64,000 nucleotides of DNA from Chrysomallon squamiferum (GCA_012295275.1 CM022666.1:10664001-10728000), one strand, 5' to 3'. Positions 11,668 through 25,888 are shown, counted from the stretch's first letter. Made by a program: numbers and translations. Notes: generated from the letters alone by a model not told the origin.

Positions 11668-12128
11668 CCACGGAGGTCATTCGTGAATCTGAAATTAAAC
11701 AGAATAATTAAATCAGCTCAGTGTAACGCTTCCTTCACTGTTGATTCAATTTAAATAGCAAAAACACAGACAAACCTCGCACAAAGAGTAACTATTACAA
11801 TTCATAACTAGAAAACTTTTACTGTTACCCATTCTTACCTTTAGAAAAATTACTAATTACTTTTCAAAAACAATAAAAGCAAAAAAAAAAAAAAAAGAAA
11901 GAAAAACCCCAAACACAACAACAACATTATATCGACTTAAGATGTTAAATCCATAATTAGTTGAAGAGAAAAATGATTATTACTATTATAACAACTAAAA
12001 ACAACAACAAAAAGATAAATAATAAAAAACGTAAACCCCCAAAACCAACAAAACGTTAAAAAGAAAATACATATCATGTCTGATATAAATGATTGTACGT
12101 TTGAAAATATCCATCTTTGACTCATAAT

Positions 12129-12329
12129 ACTCTAGTACATGTATACTGTATAGACTCTAGTACATGTATACTGCTTAGACTCTAGTAAATGTATACTGTT
12201 TAGACTATTTCATGTATACTGTTTAGATACTTACATGTATACTGTTTAGACACTAGTATATATATAGTTTAGACTGTAGTACATGTATACTGTTTAGACT
12301 CTAGTACATGAATACTGTTTAGACTCTAG
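12129..12329. repeat. 25-bp minisatellite (actctagtacatgtatactgtttag), ~8 degenerate copies
   Basis: Tandem copies read directly; intronic. Confidence 0.85.
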
Positions 12330-13447
12330 AAAATGTTATTATTGTGCCTTAATGCATATATGTAAGTATATATAATTATGTATGTATATATAATCATGTA
12401 TGTATGTAGGTATGTATATATAGGTGTGCATGTATCTGTCATTGTATCTATTTTTAACACGTTTCAATTAATAATTATTTAAATCAAACCATATCTCAAA
12501 CTTGCGGAAATACCACATTTTAACTTGGAATTAAATAATTTTAATTTGATAGATGCTTCTTTTATTACTAGATTATATCTTATCTATAAGCATATAAATC
12601 TTTATAATCTGAAAGTGTTTAAAAAGTTCTTTACATTGCAGTAATTTACTGTTGTCTAGTTTATGATATGCACTAGTTTAACTCCTTTCTTTAATATTTC
12701 TCTTTTTCTTTTCTCCTTTTGAACAGCTGGTATCTCCTCGGTTGTTAACTTCCTGTTCGGTCGTGCGAAAGCAATATATGAAAAAAGGAAACTTATAAAA
12801 AAGCAAGAAAAAAGCAGAAAAGCGCTCCAAAGAAAGGATGTTGGAGAAAAAAAAAAGGAAGTTAACTGAAAACTATTATGAACAGCTTACAGCAATCTGC
12901 CGCTAAAATCGTTTAACTTCTGACATCGCATCTGCAATTTCCCGCATTATAAACTTTCATCAAATGCAACCCAAGACAGTAGATTTTATTCACTAATAAC
13001 ACCAAGTGAATTTTTTAAAATGTTTTCACCCAGTGACGTGCTAATTCATTCATAACATTTTATTCGTTTTTAACAATCCAAATTCACTACTCCTATTCAT
13101 CTGACATGTTATTCACCAATTATATTCATTTAACATTTCATTAACTAAATTATAGTCTCATCAGAATGTTATTTCGTTAACAAGAACAAAATTATACACC
13201 ATTGTATTTCGTTTATTAACGAGTATGTAAATTATATTCATTAGCTACAACACAAAATGACATTTTATCGTATCGTATCAAGCATTTAGCTGATATAAAA
13301 GTTTAGAAAAATGCACGACTAAAATTGAACGATATAATACTGTTGAAATAGAATTTGAATTATCTGATTAACTTTTGAGATAGATGCATACAGATACCAG
13401 TTTGTATATGTGTGTATGTATGTATATAAAATTCCCTGTGAATGAGT

Positions 13448-13449
<2 letters not shown>

Positions 13450-13495
<46 letters not shown>
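13450..13495. repeat. (CA)n microsatellite
   Basis: Direct reading. Confidence 0.95.
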
Positions 13496-13498
<3 letters not shown>

Positions 13499-15050
13499 GA
13501 GACATTTGGAAACAGGTAAGCCAATTAATTTCGCTGTTAAACTTTAAATACTTCTGAACTTCTACGAAATTGTTTGTATATTTAATGTAAAATCAGTGTG
13601 TATCTTGACCTTTTTCATACAGCTTTCTTAAGGGCGTGATACAGTATACAAAAATATATATAACAGAGTTAGTTTGAAAACATTACTTGAGAAATACATG
13701 TGAAAATTACATATCACATTTACGTAAGTCTGAAACGCAAGGCGTGAAATGGACTTCTTTAACTTCAAGATCATCTCACATTCTTGCGATTATAATAAAC
13801 TATAATAAGTGCTTCATAATAAATAGTCTGTGTAATTGTTGTATGTTTGTGTTATGTGTGGTTTGTGTCCGGTGTTCATATGCATGTTTGCAAGAGTAAG
13901 ACCGCATAAATTTCTGTAATTGAGAGTATTGTGCTTTTGTATTTGTGTTTGTAGCAAAAACATAAAAAATAAAAAATACAGTCAGATGAGAGATAAAATA
14001 AATATATACAAATTAATCAATGCACCTCAATGTTTCGACAGGCATGTAATAAACTATTGCAAAACCCGTATTAATAATTTGTATACAATACACCCTGGAT
14101 CCGTTGCTGCATTAATAGATAAAAGTTGCAATGAGCTCTCTGTGACACACTGCCGTGCGAACACCAGCCGTTTAATTTATTTTTACATACAGTTTAATTT
14201 ATGTGTCAAAATAAGCGATTTAAATAACTGAAAAACAAAATCAAATTAGATAAATGAATTGAATTTCGTTATTAAACGCAAAACAAATAAATAAATAAAT
14301 CAATCAAAAAGAATAAAATTAGTATTAAAAAAATAATAATTATATAATTTCAATGATCTCTTGGTAAATTCTGCCAAAATTCCTAAACGGACTGATCTAT
14401 TCTAAATTAAATTGTGAATATTACCAATACTTCCTCCACAGATAAAAAATGGTTGCATTCATAATTAATTAATTATTACCATTAATTTTTAATAATGAGA
14501 AGAAAAAAAAAGAGTTTAATAATAATAATAATAATAATTTTAAATAACGATTTTACAAACAGAAGAAATCCACAATCACATGTGCGTGAATTGCTTTTAT
14601 GCGTTAGTAGTACAAAAAGTCAAGTGCACACCCTGTCCTTTGTTACAAGCTGCTTTGAGCAGTAAATGACCTTGTGACTGAATGAATGATAGAATGTCCA
14701 GATATGCTGTGACTTAATTATTATAATTATGAAATGATAATAATAATAATAATAATAATAAATAATAATAATAATAACATTAGTTGTATATTTATGTGTG
14801 AATGGTTTGAAAACATATCGTAAAGGGAGCTCATCGCGTTGACTATTCGCCGTCACCTTCAAAGTTGTCTTTCTTCAACTAGAAAATAATCACCTACTTC
14901 ACACATACACACACGCACGCACACACGCATATGCGTGCATATTTGTGTCAGAATATATAATTTGATTAGTTCATAGCAACCAGCTTTGACTAAGAATAAA
15001 ACAATATTCTCAGAAGAAAATAATTCTCTCTTTTATCATATATATTGACA

Positions 15051-15089
<39 letters not shown>

Positions 15090-15949
15090 ATATTTGTAGC
15101 AGCTGTTCTACTAATAATAATTTTCACTGTGAAATAAAAATATACACATTATAAATTATTCCTAAATTTAATTCCTTTCTACGTGTCGGCAGGACACTTG
15201 GTTCTCAAGATGAAGACTAATTTTCAAATCGTCTCATCGTAAAATGATTTCAGCAGGTCTGCAGGTGTCCAGGGTTAATTACTTTGCTGTTCCAGTACAA
15301 CTGAAAAATCTGCAAGTCTGCATGACCACCGTCATTATTTTTAAATTCAATAATCAAGAAACCTATACCGTTAATATTTTCAGTTAATCATTCAATTTAC
15401 ACTCAGTACGCCTATATGTTTACAAAATTGTGTTTTAGAAGCTTTATAAATGTGAGGATTAGAAGTGTATTCATAAATTAGTACTGCGTGTGGTTCGAGA
15501 AGTGTTAATGTGCCAAGACTTTGCAGTCAACGGTGTCGGAAAATCGGTAGTGTACCTGTTGTTACATGATTACCTCGTTATCAAACAGACGCCTAGCTAA
15601 CATCGTTATGCCATTATCGCGATGTCAAACTGACAATTTGATAGCGGTGATTTTCTGCAAGGCGGACTAATCACAATTACGTGTACAATTTTATCGATTT
15701 TCTCACAAGTAATCACGGCAAATCACGTGATCAGCATGATAGCAGGATAATAAAAAAATAAAAATAACATGTGAATCTGGATAAAATGTAGTAGACTATG
15801 CAATATATTAATATTTGATACCACACAGATGCTAAAGAGAATACTTATTAAATTACATTTCTTACTACAGGTTTAACAGTAAAATGAAACAAAAATTTTA
15901 TCAGCAACTCTAATTTATATTTTATTATTAACTGCTGTTGTTATCAGTG

Positions 15950-15988
<39 letters not shown>

Positions 15989-16099
15989 TTGGATAACTTA
16001 CTTATATATTTTTATTTTGTGAAGTTCTAACAAAATATTTTTTATATTACTTACTATGAATGAAATAACACCCATTACAGTGCCGAAATAGATATATTT

Positions 16100-16101
<2 letters not shown>

Positions 16102-16170
<69 letters not shown>
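16102..16170. repeat. (CA)n(TA)n compound microsatellite
   Basis: Direct reading. Confidence 0.95.
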
Positions 16171-16171
<1 letters not shown>

Positions 16172-17497
16172 GTATATATTAATGAAGAGAAAAAACTAAT
16201 TAAAAGAAAACAAACTAATAATAATAATATATAAATAAATAAATAATCCCAAGAAGTAAGACATTATCATCAAGTACGATGATAAGAGAAAGAGTTTATG
16301 GGTGGGTGGGCTAGAATACCAATTTCTGCCTGCTACTGTTTTGCACAGATTGTCCCAATATTCTGTTGTGTTTACCGTAAAGAAAGCAATATAATTATAA
16401 TGGAGTGGAATGCAAATTAATATCGTTAAAGTACATTAGATCTCCGAATTATATTTAAATGACTAATTATTGTAAAGGGGATAAATGAACTATCCCTAAG
16501 ACTATTACTAATTCATATGTCATTAGTATAATTCTACCAGTCTTCATTCTACTCAGATTGCAAAATAAATAATAACTGGAAGGAAGGAAACAAAGAAGGA
16601 AGACTATTTTTAAAATAATGAATTATTGTCATTTGTTCGTCACTCAGATTACTGTTTTTATTTAATAGGAACATATTAACAGTATGTTGTAGAGTGCATT
16701 CATACAAATATGTTAATTTTACTAACAACGCTTTTTTTAATGGTTTTTTTTTTTTTTTTTTTTTTTGATTGTTTTTTTGTACATGAGAATGTCTATAGTA
16801 TTATTGTCTGCATTTTTACCTATTGTAAAATTCTGCGATTAGCTAATTTTTCCTATTAACAACCCAAGATAGCTCCCAGCTGTAAAAACAGTTATATTCG
16901 CTTTCAGTTTTATAATAATATTATGTCGAATGACCTTTTAGATATTAACCATTGAACCAGAACATCTTTATTTTGTTTTGTTCTGGTGTTTTTTCTTTAT
17001 TTCTACTCTTTCCTACGCTAATGCGCAGGTGAACAGTGTTCGTACAAACGACTAGCATTTGTACGAGCACTGTATTTGAAAGCTCGCGAACATATCATTT
17101 TCGGGATACTCTCTTTATAATAAGAATAATGAGTTTGTATGTTACTAGCTTTGTGTAATTGTGTGTAAATTCATCCTGTAAAATATTTGTGTACACCTGC
17201 TTATGCATGATTATGTCTACAAGTACGTGTGTCTGTGTGTGATAACGTGCGTACACGAACATATTATTCGTGCATAGTTTCAATGCTACAATTTTAAAAG
17301 AACAACAGTAATAATGATGATGACATCATTATGATGATATTTTACCGTTTTATTTTTCACATTGCTTTCTCGGTCTCTATATATGTTACCATATCTTAAT
17401 TATCTTAAAAAGTATTAGTACTATACTACTACTTCCATTATTACTTCTGCTATATTTTATACAAACGTGGATTTCCAACGAACAGTAAATAGCTTAC

Positions 17498-17800
17498 CTT
17501 CTAAAATAATCAGTTAGATCATTTATTTCTCTCTGTATTCAGAAATGTCAAATCTTGTTGATATATTTACCACTTCCGCACAAAAATTTGAATCTTGCCT
17601 CAATGGAACGAGACCGCTTCTTGCTAAGAAAGATAAAATTATTTTTCTGTTATGCATAAAAAAATCTGTTAAGTACTGTTAACTGCAGATTCCCGTTCGG
17701 CGGCCTTGCTAAACTGTCGTTTTCGTTATTCGTTTTCGCTGTGATTAAAGAAGCGGCAAAACCAGCTTGAAACTGCGTTCACCATCAATCACCTGTAATC
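17498..17800 (-). other. Putative non-coding first exon of the giant-exon gene (5' boundary approximate)
   Basis: Strong minus-strand donor AAG|GTAAGC (intron starts 17497); CpG-richer stretch; CCAAT boxes just upstream. A weaker candidate UTR exon lies at ~15183-15300. Confidence 0.4.
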
Positions 17801-17871
17801 AATCTATATTGTTTTATGGCGTGAGCCGGTAGTTAACAATAGCCATGTGTTTGAGCAGACAACGCGTTTTG

Positions 17872-17900
17872 ATTGGTCAACATGTTTGCAAATGGCCAAT
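17872..17900. promoter_or_regulatory. Two CCAAT boxes (ATTGG 17872-17876, CCAAT 17896-17900), putative promoter of the giant-exon gene
   Basis: Motifs seen directly (gattggtc, ggccaatg) upstream of the putative first exon; function inferred. Confidence 0.4.
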
Positions 17901-18222
17901 GAAAATAATATATTTCGGGATAGCCCCGGAGGATAAAAATAAATATTTCAGGGCGTTCAATTAAATTTAAATTCAAAGCATATCTGAAAAGAATATGACC
18001 TTTGACATTAATTTGTCTGACATTGTATGGTTGATTACAAAGATAATCCTACAGAAATACTGACAGTGTCTAAACCGCTCTACAGAAATTCCATACGAGG
18101 TTTAGGGGAAGAGCAAAAAAAAAAAGGAAATGACTAATACTGGCCGTTTAATTTTTGTTTTTGAATTCTCAAAGCAACGACATAACTCATGTCTTCATAT
18201 TTACCACAAACAATTTTATTAT

Positions 18223-18256
<34 letters not shown>

Positions 18257-20623
18257 TTATATGATCTATTTTGTTAAATTCTAAAATGACAACAGAAGTA
18301 TGTATTTCATTTGTTATTATAAACATCTAAATGATATGTACAAAGCAGAAATTAAAAACAAGTTTTAATCTGCCTGATTCTTGCAACAAAAAACAACACA
18401 CACACAGAAAAGATAATTTCATAGATTACTTGGAAACGTTTTGACATAAAAAGAACATACAGCTTTTAATAAAATAGTCATATTATGGCTGAATAATGAA
18501 CGTGAGGATAGGTAACAACACTATCAGTATAGTGAACAAGTTCAGCAATAGTATTTTTTTTTTTAGAACAAATCAACAGTATGTTCCGATCACCATCCGA
18601 TTTGAAAAGTAGTTTCCTTAATCACAAACTCAATGCAATGCTTTGAAAGCTATTACAGTATCATTCACACAAAGTGTACCACAAACTTGACTAAACTGTT
18701 TTTCGTTCATTTCATTCACTGGTTATTCTGACCCAATAAAAATAACAAAACTTCTTAATAGAAAATGAATTTTATTTAACGATGTGCAAAAATAATTTTC
18801 AAACAGTTGATTAGATTCGTAAAAAATACAATACAACTTAAAAATGAAATTCCAAATTACTGCTTAATTAGAAACTATTGATAATTTCCTATTAATGAGA
18901 ATTTGCAGAAGTACTGGAACTATTACTCCAGAAAATACACAAAATTTAATTTAGAACACCAAATTTATAGGAAGTCAATGTACATTATTTTAGAGAAAAT
19001 TTGTAAAATTTATGCACCAAAATTTCAATATCACAAAATTAACAATTTGTCATGTTTTATTTATATGACACAAATGTAAACTATCAACCTGGCAAACTTA
19101 ATTTAATATCAAAACAAATGTCAAAACTAATCACATTCATTATAATTTAATGAATATTGTAAGCAATAGGCTATTTTACTACACTGAATTTAAACATGTC
19201 TTAAATTTGTCTTTATTATGATTTGTAACAAAGTTAACAGTAGAGGGACCCCCCCCCCCGAAAAAAAAAAAAAAACACACAAAACCCCCCACTAATTTCA
19301 AAGGATATTATCTGAAACCAATAAAATAATGAACTATATGAAATCTGCACAGACTCCAGGTAATCATATGTTTTGAGTTTTCTTTCCATGACGGAATGTC
19401 AGCTGTTCTGGTCAGAAGATATTGATCATATTTATTAGACAAAATTTGTATTTTGTTGCTTGACTCAGATATACAAATACCTCTTTCACATACACCTACA
19501 CCACACACACAATGTTTATTAATAAAAATGGCAAAATCATGGTTATGTTTGCATTGTCAAACTATTTTTTGAATCAACATTTAAAAATTTGGTTTCTGTC
19601 AATATATCAAAAATATTTTAAATTTGAAGCCCTGTTTCTAAAATGTTTAAAATTATTGGTAATTTACTATTGAATAACATTTAAATGTTTATTTTATAAA
19701 ACAAAGTCATTATTTTTGTTGTGTTTTGGCAGTATATTTTAATCAATAGATATTGGGCAACACCTAATGTAACGTGACAAATTTTATATGACAAACATAA
19801 CAAAATACTTAAAAATCTTGCTAGAATTAGCACTAATTTTTATTATTTACAGTCACAAATCTATTATACAGATAAAAATTAAAATATATACATTTGTGAA
19901 AATAAATTTACTGAACTTTCAAGATAAGCATCTTTAGCATCTAACTAGGAAAACAGAAAATGTCAACACTGAACAGAATTTGATCATCTGGTTAACCAAG
20001 CAGCTAAATATATAAACAGTACAAACTTGAAGTTGAAAACTAACTATATAAAAACACTTCTATTTAAAGATATACAATTGGCCTTCATACATTTTACACA
20101 TTTTCAACCCAATTTTGCCCATCAAAATAAAATGAGCATTAAGAAATTAGAGCAACAAATTGATAAAATTTGTTACTTTTTATTTTTAAATTATTAATAC
20201 ATTTCTATATAATGCCAACCTTGGTGTTATTTTAAACTCACAATGAATTACCAGATTCGGAAAGGTATAAAATGTATTTAGGATACTGCAACTGAACGTA
20301 CCTGAACTAATCTCACAGAAAAAAAGATGTCTACATCAGAAATCAATGTTATTAAACCAGAACCCACATCAAAGCCATCTTAATTTATATTAGAAATGTA
20401 ATAATTAAGTATGTCAAATGTTATTTCAAATTTAATGTTTTTGCTACATTTAGTTTTTACAAGATGACTTTCAAAAATAAATTCCGAATATTCTGGTCCA
20501 TTTATCTATCCCAATCAGATATTTGTTAAAATATTCCAAAATAATGTTAACCAAATTGTTACAAGGAAATAAACTAAAGAGCCTATTCTCATCCCCAGCC
20601 CTATTTAACTGGAGTACAGCCCC

Positions 20624-23600
20624 TTACACCGACTCGTATCCTGACTTCCGGCTTCGTCTGCGACCAATAAGATACGCAATGAGGACAATGACAACCAGGC
20701 CAGCCAGTGCTGCACCAACAGCTATTGGAACAGTGCTGTTAGTTTCCATGTCAGCGGAGCATTGAGTCACATCTGTAATAAAAACATGCAGATACCTAGA
20801 TATTTCACTCCGTTTACTATCTCCATTCACTCAAACACCATTCATTGCAATAAAGATAATTTACCCAATGGCTCAATTTTAAGTGCTACATTTCACACCC
20901 TCTTATGTAATAATCAACTAAAGGTTATAATCTGGAGTAACCTGAACTGGAATCAGATCTGGTAAGCTTATCCGAGTCACTGCAAAATAATGTGTGTGTA
21001 TATATTTTTTAAAATATTAACTATTTTGTTTCCCTCAGGATGACATTGAAACTGATTATAACAATAATATATGAATATGCTGGCTGTGTACTGGCATTAA
21101 CTGTGAACCAAATATTCACCGCCACCAAGAAAGATATGAAAACTTGTGAACTGGCAGAGTTTCACACAGGTAGGTTTATGATTAAGAGTATATTTACAAG
21201 TGTGTGTGGCTACATGGATATTACCTTTTGCAAATTTGGTGGTGTTGGAGTTGGTGAACGCCTGATATTTCAAGTTAGAAGAATACAAAGCCAATTTTCC
21301 GTTGACAATTGTCTGGTTGCTCTTGCACTGAAAGGCTCCTTCTTTGTTTCCTTCAAACATTGTGACATTAACATCAGCTTCCATAGGTTCTGCAAGAGAA
21401 GTATTATAATTGTTCAGAAGAAAACTGTTCAGAAAAGAAACTGACAGGCATTACGTAATACCAGGCTTGTAAATTCCAATTGATCAGAAAATATTTGGAT
21501 TATGCAGTAGACTGAAAAATCTATTAAACACATTAGACATATACCAATGCTGGTAGTGAAGTTAAATAGATCTTTTATGTAAATCTAAAACTGACCAATT
21601 TTTAAAGTCACCATTTTTATTGCAGATATAACAGTTCACATACTCAAAAATGAACACATTCCTGGTTTTTCTAATATACTCCATTAAAAGGACGATTCAC
21701 GTGTTTCCAGAACTAAGTATCAATAATTTTCTGTATGCGGTACTCATGCCAAGGCCTGGTTTTGATGTCAAAATAAATGCAACTTATTCCATTGTCTTGA
21801 CTATGAAATTTAAACCTTTCAGTAACAGCAGAATTAATGCCAGTCTTCCACAATTTCTTAAATTTTAAAATAAAAGATAAATACCACTTTTCATAATATC
21901 TGGGAACAGAGTGTCATCAAGATATGCCTTGATCTTCACCTCACTCAGCGAGTACTTTGAGTTATCAGCAGTAAGCATGGATGATGATTTTAAGGCAGAC
22001 TCAGAAAAGGTCATCTCAATGGACCATTGGTTGTTGAAGAAGCTGAAGTTAAGGACCTGAGCTTTTTCTGAGTACCAGGTGGTGTTACAGCTGCCAGTGA
22101 TGCTGTGGCCAGTAGAATTGAAGGATGGGACACTCAGAAGTTTTGTTACATTCTGCAAAAAAAAAATTGTATATACAACAATTCTGAACGGTTTCCCAAG
22201 AAATAACAATATTTGTACTTACAGCAGTGGTTGTCTTCATCAGGTAATACACACTGAACTCCACCTCTTACACATTTACTTTAAACAAAGCATATTAATA
22301 AAAAACTGATCTACATTTTTCAAGTCAGTTACAACAAAGAAACAAATTAACAGCACTGTACTTTTTTTAATGATATTTGAAAATTATACAAAGTCTATGT
22401 ACATTTTGGTTGTAATCCTAAATAACTGGGTTTCATTTCACATGGTAAATCACTGTTCAAATATGAACTACCTACCTTGGTCTGGTTGTTTTCATAGGTA
22501 ACTGATATCTGGAAGGAAGACTGCATGAAGAAACAGTATTTTCCATCTTTTTTTAAACTGAATTTGTTCTGTGGGGGGGATGATGGGGGTTGTGGAATTG
22601 GTTTTTCACGTCCCCGCTCACAGAGATAACCTATAATACAAATTAATTTATGTTAACATTATGAAATCTCATCTAACCTTTCAACACAAGCAGCGTAATC
22701 AGTTCTACTGTTTATCAATTATTCCATTTCTGAAGCTGCTTTAATGCAAACTTTTGATATTAAGTACCATTTAAGTTCCAAATATATCATTTTTTTAAAT
22801 GAAAATGTCAAATCCCATAAAAATAAATTTATAATTCAAAAATCTAAAACCATAAAACATGAAATAAGATTTATCAAGAACAGAAATTATCCTTGTACCT
22901 TTGGGTGAGAAGTAGTGACTTACTGCAGCACCTGAAATTCAATCTCTGCATATGAAGGTTGATGCAAGAGTAACAGCCAACTGGATTTATAAGACAGCTT
23001 CAGTGAAAATACATCAAGTCTTCAGCATTTCAAATTTCAGATCATGGAATATATACCATTTTAATTATCAAAAGTTAAAGCCCTGTATTTCATACTTGTA
23101 ACAAACTTCCAACAATCTGATCCTATACCACTAAAATGCAGAATCTTACCTTTGCCTGTAACATTGTCCTTGTCAATGTTGAATGCCTGCAGCTCTTCAA
23201 TTGACATGTTGACAGTGGTGTTGGTGTTTGAGAATAAAATCACATCATGGATGCTGCAGTAGTAATAGGTATTATCAGGCACTTTTTCAGACAGACCTGT
23301 TCCATTGAACTGTAACGTACCTGTAACACAAGGGCATTCTTGTACTTTGTATTTTTAAATTAATTCAAATATTAGTAGTCCACATGGTTTTACTGAATTT
23401 ATTATCCAATCTGCACAACATTTTAGAAAGAATACATTGTTTTACAATTTATATTGTCAATTAAATATTGTAAGTGAATAATTATTAAATTGCTATACTT
23501 AATTAGATGCAAACATTCTGCAGTAAACACCATAAAAGAAGAAAACACTGATTCAGATTATCCAATTTTTTCTCCCTGTTGAATGTGTATATGCATGACG

Positions 23601-25644
23601 TAAGAGGCAGTTTTATTTACCATTTTTAGCATTTGGGAAGTAAGCACCAACAGGGTTTATTTTCATCTGCACATGATCCATTGTCATACTTTTATTCTTG
23701 TCAGTGAAATAGAATGACAGCTCCTGTCCTTTGAACTCAAGTTTCATTTCTGCTGTAGTATTGTTACATGCACCAGTGACATTGGTATTTTCTGGTGGAG
23801 AAAATGGCTCTGTCAAGTTCTGAAACAAATCAATTTGCCACACATAAATGACTAAAATCTATAGAGAAAACCCAGTGCTAATATTTATGATCTATTCAAT
23901 ATTACCAACAACAAATTCTTATAAATAAAAATAGTAATTTAAATACTTTCAAAATGTATATATAAAAGAGTTGAACATTAAAATTCTGCTTACTGTCTTG
24001 TTGTTTGTCATCATGTACTGAACTCTGATACTAATTTTTCCTTCCAAGATAATGCAGGTTTTGTTGGCATTGTCTTTCACTACATATCTAGGAACTTTAG
24101 GTGGTGCTGCTGTAGTTGGAGTCATCTTTGTACTTGTTTTTGCTTTTGTAGTCGTAGTCGGAGTCTTTGGAGTTGTAGTCGGTGTTGTAGTCTTTGTAGT
24201 CGGAGTCGGAGTCTTTGTAGTCGGAGTCGGAGTCTTTGTAGTCGGAGTCGGAGTCGTAGTTGTGTTTGCACTGGCTTCAACTTTGCAGTGAAGATCTATA
24301 AAACATATCAAACATCAAAGTTAGATATCTACGTTTGTAATATTACTTGTCCAAAATAAATCCAAGCAAAACATTACATTCAGTATCCGATGACATAAAA
24401 TTCATATCAGAATAAAATTTTACAAGTCTTTACATTCCAAAATTGTTGTACAAAGGAAAAAAAACAAAACAAAATGCATTATAAGTTCATTTATTCTCAG
24501 TAATTCTGAATACTTCAGCTTTAAAAATAAAAAATTTTTAACCGTTAATATATTTTATTACATACACATTTGTACCTGTCTTTTGCAGACACTTATGGGG
24601 CTGAGCAACTGTCCCTATATTGAAGGTGCCTTCTTAGAGAAAAAATTTACAATCTTTTTTTTGAACAACAAATAAATCATCGTGGCTGGGAATTGCCACA
24701 GCAAGCATTACAGATTTCTCCAAAAATATATCGAGTTTACTGATGGATGTAAATAAAACAATTTTACATGGCATAAAACTCATAATAAGGTTAAGGTATT
24801 TTTATGGTTTAAGAAATATTGCATTTGAAATCCAGATAAATCTATCTGTGCTCACCACACCATCAAACATTCACTAAAATGAGGTATTTTCAAAGTAACT
24901 GACAATTTACTTTAGCGTCTGTATATCTAAAGAAATGAGCTTTACTTATACATCTAATTAAAAACATTTTTAATGTTCTAGTATGAAGGTCTTGTGATAA
25001 TACTTATTACTAGTCAGTCTGCTGAATTTTGGACTTTGGTTAAACCCTTCCATTTCATTGTAACTTAGAATGTGCCTGGACCACTTTAAATCAACTTGGT
25101 CCAATACCAACAGCATGACAGTATTAGTACTACACCCCTTCATTTATAAATAAAAGGTTTATAAAGGTATACTAAATGTCAAGGTTCAAACATTTAGAAA
25201 GTTTTGCATTTGGTTATTTTGTTTTCACCATTATCAAATGTGAATCCTTACACACACAAACACCCACTATATATGGCGCGTTTCGGGAAAACGAAATACT
25301 CGTTTCATTTTTAAGTAGACAGTCATTCAAATGACCCAACCAAGCGCAACTGTTACAGCTGCACCTTTTAATATTTTGACATGTTTTAACATCCTTAAAA
25401 TTAAATGAATTGTAATTTTATCTTCTAGTTTCTACCCTTTACTTAAATCTGACATAACCCAACCTTTCATCCATCTGTCTAGAGCGGTGTAATCCATTTT
25501 CGATCCACCGCTGAATAGCTTTGAATATTTATTGAAATCATTATTTTACTTAAACGACTTGATTCGTATCTAACAACCTGCATTTGTCAACTTACCTATT
25601 AACAGTATTGCCGAAATGAGAAAAATTGTGAAAAACTTCGTCAT
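20624..25644 (-). CDS. LAMP1: Lysosome-associated membrane glycoprotein (LAMP1/LAMP2 family), 485 aa, 8 exons
   Basis: Exons 25644-25596, 24295-23994, 23819-23621, 23320-23150, 22630-22476, 22152-21885, 21389-21225, 20772-20624, all GT-AG with matching phases (1458 nt). Signal peptide MTKFFTIFLISAILLIG, Thr/Pro stalk, two Cys-bounded luminal domains with many NxS/T, TM VPIAVGAALAGLVVIVLIAYLIG, tail RRRSRKSGYESV (GYxxPhi lysosomal signal). LAMP1 versus LAMP2 orthology cannot be resolved. Confidence 0.95.
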
Positions 25645-25830
25645 GTTCAAAGGCGGAAGTTCTGCTCCAAAAATGTCTATACGAGAAGCAAACTTAAACT
25701 GAAATAATGAGCAAGAAATAGAGCTGTTATTGCGTTGTCAGTTTGCGGCGCAATAACTCCCAACTGTTGAATGCAGTGTGAGATACGTTGAATTAGGTTT
25801 GCTGCTTTTAAAATCGAAGAAAATTCACCT

Positions 25831-25888
25831 TCACGTGAAGAACGGATTAGAAATTTCTGGTGTCATATGACTTGCTGTGATCACGTGG
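25831..25888. promoter_or_regulatory. CLEAR/E-box cluster in the LAMP promoter
   Basis: TCACGTGA 25831-25838, palindromic GTCATATGAC 25862-25871 and TCACGTGG 25881-25888, about 190-245 bp upstream of the LAMP ATG; resemble the TFEB/MITF CLEAR consensus GTCACGTGAC. Confidence 0.65.
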
